A stretch of 64,000 nt of DNA from an uncultured Acidobacteriota bacterium (GTDB lineage Bacteria > Acidobacteriota > UBA6911). The stretch lies in assembly GCA_963827655.1 (NCBI GenBank), contig CAWHCF010000026.1, positions 128,001-192,000 on the forward strand, read 5' to 3'. The position numbers were made by a program, and so were the translations under genes. A model generated the notes under the pieces. It worked only from the letters and a program-made list of their open reading frames with translations. It was not told where the DNA came from and did not search any database. Position 1 is the first letter of the stretch, and the number at the start of each line of letters is the position of its first letter. Below are positions 1 through 9,773 of this stretch, in pieces.

Positions 1-136
1 TTGCGACCATGAGGTGAGACGCTCCGCGGGAACCTACAGTAGAAGCCTTTGCATGTTCCAGATCACTTGAGAAACATTACGCCAAAGTCCGATCTCAAAA
101 TCACGACAGGTTTGGGGAACGCCTAGTCAAAAAAAC

Positions 137-574
137 TTACGCTACCGCCCTCGCTGAACTCTTCGACGCACCCAGTTCGGCGGCAATCTCGCGAATCGTC
201 TTCCCCTCGCCCTGAAGCTGACGTGCCTTCTCGCGATCGAAAATCGCCTTCGGCCGGCCGAGTTGCTTTTTCTGTCTGCGCGCCCGGTACAACCCCATGT
301 TGATGCGCTCGACAATCAGCCTGCGTTCCAACTCCGCCACGGCGCCTAAGACCGTTAAGACGAGCTTCCCCATTGGCGTGCTGGTATCGATGGACTCATT
401 TAGCGAGATGAAGTGAATCCCAAGGCTGTTGAATTCCTCCAACGCCAGCACCAGGTGCTTCACGCTACGGGCAAACCTATCAAAACGCGCCACAACCACC
501 CCGTCAAACTTCCTAGCCCGGGCGTCCTTCATTAGGGCGTCCAGTCGCGGGCGGCTGTCCTTCGTCGCTGTCAT
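137..574 (-). pseudogene. Resolvase/invertase-type small serine recombinase, N-terminus (catalytic Ser region) missing
   Basis: RPRLDAL..DGVVVARFDRFARS, IDTSTPMGKL..AELER and C-terminal HTH; no YARVS motif upstream, where the integrase element begins. Confidence 0.8.
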
Positions 575-577
575 CCC

Positions 578-1424
578 GTTCTGTTCAAAAATACGATTCG
601 GCTAGACAAGGTCGCCAGCGGTGCAGTGCAACCGCGCTTCCTCACGCTACAAGCGATCTAAAATCTGTCGCGACGATGCGTGGAGCGCTGTCTTCCGGGA
701 AGGCTTCAATGATTTGCTGTGCGGCCCAAGATGCCGTCGGGTGTTCCGTGACATTGAAATGAACGACGCGGCGACGGTCGTGTGCCAGAATGACAAGAAC
801 ATACAGCACGCGCAATCGAATCGTCGCCACCGTAAAGAAATCAATGGAGACCATTTGAGCCACGTGATTGCTCAGAAATGTCATCCAATTCTGCATGGGC
901 TGCTTCTCTCTTCTGGGCAACCATCGTGAAACCGTTCGCTCCGAAATATTGAAGCCGAGCTTCAGTAGTTCTCCATGCACCCTCGGCGCGCCCCACAATG
1001 GATTCTCCGACGCCATGGTTCGGACCAGCCGGCGAATCTTCGAAGCTACCGGTGGTCGCCCTGGCGTTTCGGCTGCGACAATTTCCACCAATAACGTTTG
1101 AACCGGTTGCGGTGTCATGCAATCACGGTTTCCGGCCGCACGATGACCAAAGCGGACTTCCAATCCTTCCAGATCGTCCTTAGAACGCCCCAAACAGTCG
1201 ATCATTGCGGCGCAGTTTCGGTCGTTTCAGCTCCCGCTTGAAGACGGCCAACCGCTGGCGGAGTGCGGCATTTTCCAGGGCGACCTGTTGATGCCCACCG
1301 AACACCAGAAAGAGGAACCGAACGGCGGCGAAAACCGCATTCAACATGAGTTCAGGAATCTGCCGCCATATCGCGCAAAATGCAACTACTTAACCGGCGC
1401 ATGAAGTTTTGGCGAAGGACAACG
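578..1424 (-). mobile_element. Decayed integrase-core (rve/DDE) insertion element
   Basis: Frameshifted ORF from ATG 1347 (MLNAVF..VALENAALRQRLAVFKR..RPKLRRNDRLF) to ~650 (GRPP..ENPLWGAPRVHGELLKLG..IDFFTV..HDRRRVVHFNVTEHPTASW); loosely related ends GTTCTGTTCAAAAAT (578) and reverse complement GTTGTCCTTCGCCAAAAC (1424). Confidence 0.75.
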
Positions 1425-1546
1425 GCATTTCGCGTTGAGACTTCCGCGCAAGCCGAACGCGATGCGAATCAATCTTAGAATGGCTTCTCGCCGGAGGGAC
1501 GGGACGGGCCGGCATTGATTGGTTTCTTCGAACTTAAAGAATAAAG

Positions 1547-2170
1547 AATAGGAAATCGCTTTTCGGTGCCGGTGGGAGAATAGCTTAGGTTGGGCCCGTA
1601 GGATCTGGTGAAATGTCTCGGCGGGCTGGGTGAGAGGCCTGTTTGGGAGGGCGATAGGAGTGGGACGAGGGTGGAAGAGCGAGCTTGGGGCTTGAGGGTA
1701 ACTCCTCCGTCCCCATTCGAGTGCTCGACAGGGCACACCTTCCCTCGGTGGCGCTGGCCACGCCACGTGGTTGCTCGGAACAGGAGGCACCGGGAGCTTC
1801 ATCCGATCCGGTGGAACGGCGGGAGGGGATCGTCCCAGGCGGGGAAATCGACGTCATAGTGTAGAATTCTCGGAGGCGGAGTGGGGGGTGGGCGCTCGGG
1901 TTGATCCCAGAGCTTGAGGTGGCGCAGAATTCTTTCGATCACGGCAGGGTTTTCGATCAGGCTGATGATCTTCATGGGGCGCCCGCAGCGCGTGCAGGTC
2001 AACGGGTCGGCCTCATATACCTTCTTAATCAAGCGCGCCCAGGAACTCCTCATCCCGTGTGCAGCATCATCGTCCGCATCGCCCGAGGTCATCGGTCGCG
2101 GAGGGGCTGTTGTTTGTCAGGCGCGGCGGACGTTGGAAAACGCGCCGTAGTACCTGATGAGCTGTTCAAA
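1547..2170 (-). mobile_element. 3' part of an IS91-like (HUH/Y2) rolling-circle transposase gene plus oriIS-like end
   Basis: Minus strand FEQLIRYYGAFSNVRRA* then WARLIKKVYEADPLTCTRCGRPMKIISLIE..VIERILRHL (1799-2092); AAAAGCGATTTCCTATT at 1547-1563 resembles IS91-family oriIS ends. Confidence 0.75.
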
Positions 2171-2171
2171 T

Positions 2172-2597
2172 ACCCATCATAATGCCCATGTTCATGGGAT
2201 AGAGATCACCTATCCATATCATCCGCAGTGTGGCACCGAAGTGGTTGTGCTTCAGCGGCGCAAGCGCTTTGGTGAGGAAGTGTATGAGGTCATCGATGTA
2301 CATGGGGGCCACGGCGGAATTCCTGCATGGATGACAGAGCCCCGCTGGCGAGAACTCCAGGTTGCATCTCGGCCGAGAGTTTCCAGGGCTGTTCTTAATT
2401 TACTTCGTGGATTGCTTAATGCGCTGAACTCCGGTTCGAATGGGAGCGAACAACTTTCATTCGAAGGAGGGGGCGATGAAGGGAGCGAAGCAACGCGCGC
2501 TGCCACCGCACCAGACGGATTACAGGAAGAGAATCAGAGAAGAGAGACGGCCGGAACTGGTGCGCTTGCTGGCGGAACTTCTGATACAGGCATTTAA
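2172..2597 (+). CDS. Small accessory protein of LSR element (DUF5372/Y4bD-like, ITYPYHP motif); no internal start codon before the motif
   Basis: EITYPYHPQCG..IPAWMTEP..VSRAVLNLLRGLL; the only upstream ATG (2157) lies in the IS91 flank; family name from recall. Confidence 0.55.
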   Translation, partial: THHNAHVHGIEITYPYHPQCGTEVVVLQRRKRFGEEVYEVIDVHGGHGGIPAWMTEPRWRELQVASRPRVSRAVLNLLRGLLNALNSGSNGSEQLSFEGGGDEGSEATRAATAPDGLQEENQRRETAGTGALAGGTSDTGI

Positions 2598-2640
2598 GAG
2601 TGAAGCCGCCAGGCAAGGAGGTGCACTATGGAAAAGATAA
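2476..2640 (+). CDS. Small hypothetical protein of LSR element
   Basis: GGAGG SD; MKGAKQRALP..ELVRLLAELL; overlaps the LSR start; positional homologue of 9600-9773. Confidence 0.5.
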   Translation: MKGAKQRALPPHQTDYRKRIREERRPELVRLLAELLIQAFKSEAARQGGALWKR

Positions 2641-4480
2641 CGACGAATCATTTAAACCGTATCGCGTATGTGTATATCCGGCAGTCGACCCTGGCGCAGC
2701 TGCAGCGCAATGTGGAGAGCCGGCGGTGCAAGAACGGCTGGTGGAGCGGGCGTAGGCGTTCGGCTGGTCCAAGCCGCGGATTATTGATGATGATCTTGGA
2801 TGCACTGCCAGTGGCGTCGTGGAGCGCTCTGGTTTTGAGCGGCTTCTTGCCGCGGTATGCGCGGGGGAAGTGGGAGCGATTTTTGCCTTTGAAGCGTCAC
2901 GCCTGGCACGCAATGGCCGAGAATGGCATACGCTGCTGGAACTGTGCGCAGTGGTTGACACCGTGCTCATTGATACCGAGGCGGTGTATGACCCGAAGTT
3001 CACCAATGATCGGCTGCTCTTGGGGCTGAAAGGCACGTTAAGCGAACTTGAGCTCGGGTTGTTTCGCGCGCGTTCGCATGCGGCGATCCGAGAGAAGGCC
3101 AAGCGCGGGGAATTCTATGGCCTGGTAGCTGCGGGATACCGCAAGACCAGAGATGGGCGACTTGAAAAAGAACCCGACCTGCGGGTGCAGCGGGCGCTGG
3201 AGTTCTCTTTGATAAGTTCCCACAATTTGGCAGCGCACGGCAGCTCGTGCGCTGGCTCCGGGAGGAGCAGGTCAAGATCCCCCGAAAAGAACAGAGCACG
3301 GACGACAGCCCAATCTGTTGGCGCCTTCCCACCCAGGCAGCATTGACCTCGATGCGTCTTAGAGCACGGCCGTAAACGCGTCGTGGTCAGTGGTTGTTCC
3401 GACCCGGGCGAATGGGAGATAATCCTTCGGGACCATCACCCCGGCTACATCAGCTGGGAGCAATATGAGCGAAACGTGGAGATGCTCAGACAGAATGTCA
3501 ACATGAAGGGTTACATGAGGGCTGGCGGAATCCGGGGAGGAGCCTCGGTGTTTGCGGGGATACTGCGCTGTGAACAGTGTTGGCGTAAGGTGGTGCACTA
3601 TAGTGGCGTGCACTCGCGAAGTATCGCTATAGTTGCAGCACCAACTGTCGCAATGACGATGGCAAGCGCTGCCTGTCGTTTTCTGCCAATGCACTGGAGC
3701 GCACCCTGCTTGGGCAATTGCTGGAGACCGTGAGTCCTCTGGGGGTGGAAGCGGCGTTGAAGGCGGCGGAGATTTTGGCTGTCCAAGGTCATACCTTGAG
3801 AGAGCAGCGGGAACTTGAGCTTACACAAGCGCGCTACGAGAGTGAGCGGGCGCGGCAACAATATAACTCTGTAGATCCGGCGAACCGTCTTGTCGCAAGC
3901 GAACTGGAGCGGCGCTGGGATGAGGCGCTGCTGAGAGTTGCTTGTCTTGAAGAAGAATTACAAGCCGTTGTTGTTGAAGACGCCGTGTCCGCTGAGGAGC
4001 GTCAAGCGCTGCTGGCGCTCGGCCAAGATCTTGCCGGCGTATGGGACAACCCAGCCACCTCACCTGAAGTAAAGAAGAGAATTGCCAGGACACTGGTAAA
4101 AGAAATCGTGCTCTTCGACGAAGCACACAGCATTAAGGCCATCGTGCATTGGCAAGGCGGAGACCACACAAAAGTGCAGGTGCCGAGGCTCACCTATCGA
4201 GAGAGTGCCTCGCCTACCGACACCGATACAGTGGAGATCATTCGTGCGCTTGCCCGACAGATGGCGGATCGCTTCATCGCTCGGGTGCTTAATCGACTTA
4301 AGATACCTACGGCTAAAGGGTACACATGGAATGAACGAGTGTGTGCCATCCGGCACGGGTATCACATTGCTGTATACCAGGATGGGTGAACGGGAGGGCC
4401 GCGGTGACCTCAATATGCTTGAAGCAGCTAAGGAACTGGGAGTTGAGCGGCGCGTGATCAGCGAGCTGGTACGGTTTCGG
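2628..4480 (+). pseudogene. Large serine recombinase, multiply frameshifted and truncated
   Basis: AYVYIRQST, EASRLARN, NDRLLLGLKGTLSELEL, HHPGYISWE, GILRCEQC, DPANRLVASELERRW spread over several frames; internal deletion near 3350 and TGA at 4387. Confidence 0.85.
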
Positions 4481-4712
4481 CTGCCTGCTCACGGCGGTAA
4501 CATTTCGTCTCGCAAAAATGAAATTGATCGACCCGAAACTTTTTCGCGCAAGGGAAAGGTGTCTTAAAAGAGACGCCTGTTATGATTGAAACAGAGTACG
4601 ATCCTTCAATCACGTTTAGACCAAGGCTCCGAAGATTTTTTTCTTGATGTCTCGGATCGTGGTGTTTGGTGATTGAGTCTCGACTTACCACCTGAGGGGG
4701 CTTCATCCGCTC

Positions 4713-5432
4713 TTAACTTTCTCTTGTATCGGAAGAGTGGGAGGAGTCCAGACGGGGCGGTGTGGCGAGGCCGTGGTTATAGGCGTAAAACACGAGTTCG
4801 AAGCAACTAGAGACACCGAGTTTGTCGAAGATCGAGGTGAGGTGATGCCGCACTGTGGTCTCCGAAATAAACAACCGTTTGGCAAGTCGTCTGGTATTCA
4901 GCCCCTCGCCGATCAGGGTCACGACCTCGCGCTCGCGCCTTGTGAGGGTGGCGATGCTGGCTGCGTCCCAGTTCCTGGTCTTGACTCGCTTCGCAGGTGA
5001 GATTTCGCGGAGCGCTCTTGACAATTTCAAACGGTCCAGCCAGATCTCACCCGCATATATCCTCTCCATTGCCTTGACGAGGACCTCTGCCGGTTTGTCT
5101 TTATGTACAATACCCATAGCGCCGTGGTGCAGGACGTACTGGTCGACGTTGGAGTCATCTGTGCTAGTCAGGATCAGCAGGCCAGCTCCGTTCACGGTCT
5201 CGAGCACCTTGGTTAGCAAGTCGCAGCCGTTGAAAGAGTCGAGGTCGAACAGAATGACGTCAGGTTGCTCGCCATTGGCGGCCAGACCGTCGGCGTAACC
5301 CTTATCGTCGCCCACTATCCTAATCCCCGGCTGTTTCTCCATAATCAGACGCAGTCCCATGCGTGTGATCGCGTGGTTGCTCATAATCAGTACTCGAATC
5401 ACCTTTGAGACGGGTTCGGGCACCATGCCCAT
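4713..5432 (-). CDS. NarL/LuxR-family response regulator
   Basis: Receiver (IRVLI..PDVILFD..LLILT..VHK) plus LTRREREVV..ISETTVRHHLTSIFDKLGV HTH; start uncertain. Confidence 0.85.
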   Translation of the reverse strand: MGMVPEPVSKVIRVLIMSNHAITRMGLRLIMEKQPGIRIVGDDKGYADGLAANGEQPDVILFDLDSFNGCDLLTKVLETVNGAGLLILTSTDDSNVDQYVLHHGAMGIVHKDKPAEVLVKAMERIYAGEIWLDRLKLSRALREISPAKRVKTRNWDAASIATLTRREREVVTLIGEGLNTRRLAKRLFISETTVRHHLTSIFDKLGVSSCFELVFYAYNHGLATPPRLDSSHSSDTRES

Positions 5433-5984
5433 AATTTGTGCTTCCCGGCCAGGGAAATTCGCTGTTTCTAACTGTGCCACTGCCTTTCCCCCATGCAATA
5501 CATGCCGGGGAGCCGAGCGCCGGGCTCGTTCTTCTTCCGACTCGTATTTCAGTCTCACCTGTGGTTCCAATTCGCAGTGAAGTTTGATACCGGGGGCTTT
5601 CTGGCGAGGTGCGCGATCCCACTTGAAGCTGCAGAAATTCCACAGTTCCGAAGATTTTGGAGTTTTCGCCTGAGCTATGAATATAGCATCGAACGTGTCC
5701 GGTAGCCAGCTAAAAGAATTTTACTTTGCACGTAAGCCGGAGGATGCTGAGCAATGACGCCGTATCGAACCGAAATATACGTCACCGTATCCAGATGCCC
5801 TGCCGCCCAACGGTTTCAGCCATGCAAACGAGCATGCACACCAGTCCCTCGGGGCATGGAGGAGCTCCGCGTTGAACTGTGATCAATGTGACCGCACTTG
5901 AATGCCTTTCTACTTCCTTGTGACGACAACCGGTGGAGCGTTTCATGATTTTTTTACGGACTCCCTTTTGGCGGGTTCTTCACG

Positions 5985-6140
5985 TCTTCGTGGTGGATTT
6001 TGATCACCACGAAGACGTCGAAATCCTTTCGAGCCAGAATCATCCTGTTTGCCGCCGAAGGACTCAACTCCATTCTCCTCGCCAGATTGTCCAGTCCCTC
6101 GCCAAAAACCGTTCCGGCTCCGCTAATGTCAAGTGCTGAA
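5985..6140 (+). pseudogene. IS630-like transposase N-terminal remnant
   Basis: RARIILFAAEGLNSILLAR..PKTV, typical of the IS630 HTH region. Confidence 0.5.
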
Positions 6141-6629
6141 GTGTTTTCCCTCAAGAGGTCTAAGAACGGCAGGAGATTCTCGAGCGCCAGTTCCGATTGT
6201 TGCCAGACGGACGTAGGATCAGGCACATTAGCCCGAAGGAAACTTCATATAACTGGCGAACCATCCGCAGGGCTTTACGTCTGAAATGAACAGCACCCAG
6301 TGATACTGGATATCGGCTCAAGCATACCGGGATGAAAGTCCCAGGCATCACAGCCGATCTGGGATCGTTCTTCATCGCCCAAGTTTCAGAAATCTGTTCT
6401 CGTTTGCATCGGGCTATGCGACCTTGAGCTGCAATTGGCCTGTAACCGCAGTATTGGGCTATCTCCACGCGGCTGGTTCAGACCTGGTTCGCCGACGAAC
6501 TTCTCGCTCTGCCCACGGGATTTCTGGGAGCGGTAGAAGTGATATCTCCGGGCGGGGCGCCATTCAGCATCATCGGACTCAACTTCCTGGGCGCCATATT
6601 CATCACCCAAGCTGCAACCGCTCTCCCCT

Positions 6630-6720
6630 GAAATTCGGTGACAGGCACCAGATTGCGCGGCAAGACACCCAGTCGTTTGGCCGCTCTAACCGTGCACTCT
6701 GGTGCCTGTCACCGAATTTC
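6630..6720. repeat. Perfect 23-bp inverted repeat (REP/MITE-like hairpin) directly after the permease stop
   Basis: GAAATTCGGTGACAGGCACCAGA (6630-6652) and TCTGGTGCCTGTCACCGAATTTC (6698-6720). Confidence 0.85.
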
Positions 6721-8600
6721 TCATTCCTGCCGCAGCGCGATCATAGGATCGACGCTGGTCGCGCGGCGAGCGGGCAAATAACTGGCGAACCCCGCGATGG
6801 CGATCAGCAGGACCGATACAAGAAGGAAGGTCAGCGCGTCAGTGGGCTCGATGCCGAACAGCAGCGTGGAAAGAAGACGGGTGAGCGCGAACGCCCCGGC
6901 CAGCCCCAGAAGCACGCCGGCGCAGGCAAGCTTGAATCCATGCCCCACGACCAGGCGCCCGATATCCGCGCCCCCGGCTCCGAGCGCGATGCGGATACCC
7001 ATCTCATGCGTGCGCTGAGTCACCGAGTACGACATAACGCCATAGACGCCGATGGCGGCGAGAACCAGCGCGACGGCGGCAAAGATCGCGAGGAGCAGCA
7101 TGGGGAAGCGGCGCGGAATCATGGCTCGCTCAGCGTAATGGTCCATCGTGCGGACGTTGAACACGGGCAGATCCGCGTCCATGCGCTGGATCTCGCGCCG
7201 AACCGCCTGAGCCAGCGTCTGGGGATCGGACACGGCGGTACGAATCACCAGGGGCGCAGAACCCGGAGCCACCTGCCTGCTTGCTTTATAGGCCTCGGGC
7301 CTGAATGGAACGTCAGGCCGCGGCGTTTGGCGTCGCCCACTACGCCGATCACACTCATCCAGGGACCTTTACCTTCGGGCCAATCCTGCTTGACCCGCTT
7401 GCCGAGCGGATCTTCGGCCGGCCAGTTCTGCCGGGCGAAGGTCTGGTTCACGATGACTACCGGATTGGCGCCCAGCGTATCGCGCTCATCGAAGTCCCGG
7501 CCTTTGAGGATCGGAATTCCCATGGCGCGGAAATAGGCCGGCTGGGCTGTGTTGAAATCGGCATTCGGTAAGTCCTCACGCCGCGGGCTAGGACGCCCAT
7601 CGATCAGGTAGATCGAGTCCCAGCAACCGCTGGTCAGCGGCAGACAGTTAACCGCGCTGGCGGTCTCGACACCGGGAAGAGCGCGGATTTGCTCGAGAAG
7701 GGTTTTGAAGAACAAGACTCGCTGGTCATCCTTCGGATAGCGTGTTCCAGGCAGATTCACCGGCATCGTGAGCACCCGCTCGGTGCGAAAACCCGGGTTG
7801 ACCTTTTGAAGTTCTATCAGACTGCGGATGGTGAGTCCCGCGCCAATCAGCAGCATGAGGGCAAGCGCAATCTCGACGGTAACCAGAACGTTTCGCAAAG
7901 AGCGGCGACGAAAGCCGGAGACCGAAGTCCTGCCGCCTTCTTTGAGGTCGTCCACCAGATCGCCGCGCGTGGTGTGAAACGCGGGCGCGAGGCCGAAAAT
8001 CACGGCGGTCACGAGGGAGATCCCGAGAGTGAAGCCGAGCACGCCCGCGTTGATTCGAATGTCGGCCACGCGGCGAATGTTTTCCGGAATGAGGGCCATC
8101 AGCGAACGCACGCCCCAATCCGCCAGCACCAGGCCCACAGATGCGCCGATCAGCGCGAGCAGCACGCTTTCGGTAAGAATCTGTCGAATGAAGCGCCTGC
8201 GGTCCGCGCCCAGGGCCATGCGAATTGCGACCTCCTTCCGGCGGCCCGCCGCATGCGCAAGCATGAGGTTCGCGACGTTGGCGCAGGCGATCAACAACAC
8301 GAAACCCACAGCTCCGAGCAACACCAGCAGCGGCGTGGACCCGGTCAATCGCTCGCTGAGCGTGACAATGCGGATTCCGTTGCCGCTATTGGATTCCGGA
8401 TATTCTTTTTCCAGGCGCGCGGCGATGGCCTCCATGTCGGCTCGGGCGCGGTCGATCGTGACGCCCGGCTTGATCCGCGCCACAACATTAATTCCGGGGT
8501 GGTTGCCCCGGGGACCCATGTCGTCGCCATTGAGGCCGATGGGAGCAAACATTTCGCTTTCGTAAAAAAATCGAAAGTTGGGCGGAAGCCCAATCCGATC
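6721..8600 (-). pseudogene. MacB/FtsX-type duplicated ABC permease (Acidobacterial ADOP type), 5'-truncated and frameshifted
   Basis: LLVLLGAVGFVLLIACANVANL..RRKEVAIRMALGA, QRTHEMGIRIALGA, PARRATSVDPMIALRQE; break near 7270-7320; N-terminal third absent. Confidence 0.9.
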
Positions 8601-9059
8601 ACGCTGCGGACAAGACAGTGATGGGCGCGGCTGCGCAAGCTCCTATGAGGTCACGGAGCACGGTCGGATCGAACGCCGCACCATAGGACCGGCAGTCGAC
8701 GGATCAACGCAAAGACACTCGTGAGAGGTCAATCCCAAACAGGAGTCAAACTGCCGGTCGCATGGCACAGCGATACGATCTTATTATCACTGTCCCATCA
8801 AGTGCCGTTGCGGCTGATGCTGCAGACGATCCCGAGCTCTGCCAGGGCAGTCCGGCACTGCGCGCTCGCGCACTAGGTCCCTCGGCCCGAATGATAGACG
8901 AGGCGGGCGTTTGGGTGGGATCCCAGAAGACTTTGTGGTAGGCTTTGCGGGTCCTCGGCCGCAGGAGGTGAACTGCGGCCCATGGCTCACCACTCTCTGC
9001 TGCTTGCTCGCGCTCAGAACGTTCCAGCGCAGTACGGGCATTGCTGCAGGCCGGATGCG

Positions 9060-9260
9060 GGCGCTTGGGTTTGCGAGCTCCCCGGTGTTTATCGTGCCCG
9101 CCACCCTGAAGCCTCCATTTTCTACCAGACATTCGAGCAGCACTTCGACAGTTACGTCCGCGCCTATGAGGAGCGCTTCGAGCCCCGCTCAGGACCACTG
9201 CGCCGCGTTGTGCCTGAGAGTGTCGAGCAGTTTCTTGCCTGCGGTCGTCTCCAGGGAGGG
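9060..9260 (+). pseudogene. 5' fragment of an IS91-like transposase (upstream of the zinc-binding domain)
   Basis: VYRARHPEASIFYQTFEQHFDSY..YEERFEPRSGPLRRVV..VEQFLACGRLQGG, ending in TAA where the LSR element starts. Confidence 0.75.
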
Positions 9261-9261
9261 T

Positions 9262-9543
9262 AAGCTGTCACGCACTAAGTATATCCTTCAGAATTCATCG
9301 CCGTATGTGAAGGTAACCCGGCGGCATCATCCCCTATACAACCAGGAACTCGAAGTTCTCAATGCCGACAAGCAAACACTGGTCCTGCGTCTTGCTGACG
9401 GTTCTCCAATGAAAATGCCCCGGGCATGGACCAACGCCGACGGCGGGGCACGGGTCGAGGAGCCTTCAATCTCCTCGGTATTCACCATCGAGGCGCTTCG
9501 CGAACTGATCGCTCTGGTGGGCGCTTTTCAGAATCGCGATTGA
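9262..9543 (+). CDS. Small accessory protein of LSR element (DUF5372/Y4bD-like, RRHHPL motif), frame open to the left end
   Basis: VKVTRRHHPLYNQELEVL..LADGSPMKMPRAWTNA..FTIEALRELIALV; GTG at 9307 has no recognisable SD. Confidence 0.65.
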   Translation, partial: KLSRTKYILQNSSPYVKVTRRHHPLYNQELEVLNADKQTLVLRLADGSPMKMPRAWTNADGGARVEEPSISSVFTIEALRELIALVGAFQNRD

Positions 9544-9599
9544 ACTCCTGACAGCGGCTATGTACGCATGGCTCCAGAAGCCCATACGTGGAGGAGCCC

Positions 9600-9773
9600 A
9601 TGCACCGACAAAGAACATTGCCGCTGGATGGTCAGGAATCTCTGGAGGCGCTTTGGCGGCGATTTCCCGAAGAAGGCCGCCGCAAGGTCATCGCAATCTA
9701 TGCGCGTCTGCTGGCCCTGGCCGTCCACGGCGAGAGGAAAAAGGAGAAGAGCAGTGACAAACTCAAAGATTGA
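9600..9773 (+). CDS. Small hypothetical protein of LSR element
   Basis: GGAGG SD then MHRQRTLPL..LWRRFPEEGRRKVIAIYARLL; overlaps the LSR start. Confidence 0.6.
   Translation: MHRQRTLPLDGQESLEALWRRFPEEGRRKVIAIYARLLALAVHGERKKEKSSDKLKD

Larger units (their letters stand above)
2171..4480 (+). mobile_element. Three-gene large serine recombinase element, copy A (decayed, right end lost)
   Basis: HP-motif ORF, small ORF and frameshifted LSR in the same order as the intact copy at 9.26-12.04 kb; boundaries approximate. Confidence 0.75.

Noticed and set aside
6424-8621. Long antisense ORFs here and elsewhere (e.g. 10177-11433, 43591-44712, 47296-48720)
   Set aside because: Shadow frames opposite well-supported genes in high-GC DNA, with no recognisable motifs.
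9568-9753. Extended 822-aa start for the LSR
   Set aside because: This region is better explained by the small ORF 9600-9773; recombinase homology and an SD begin at GTG 9754.
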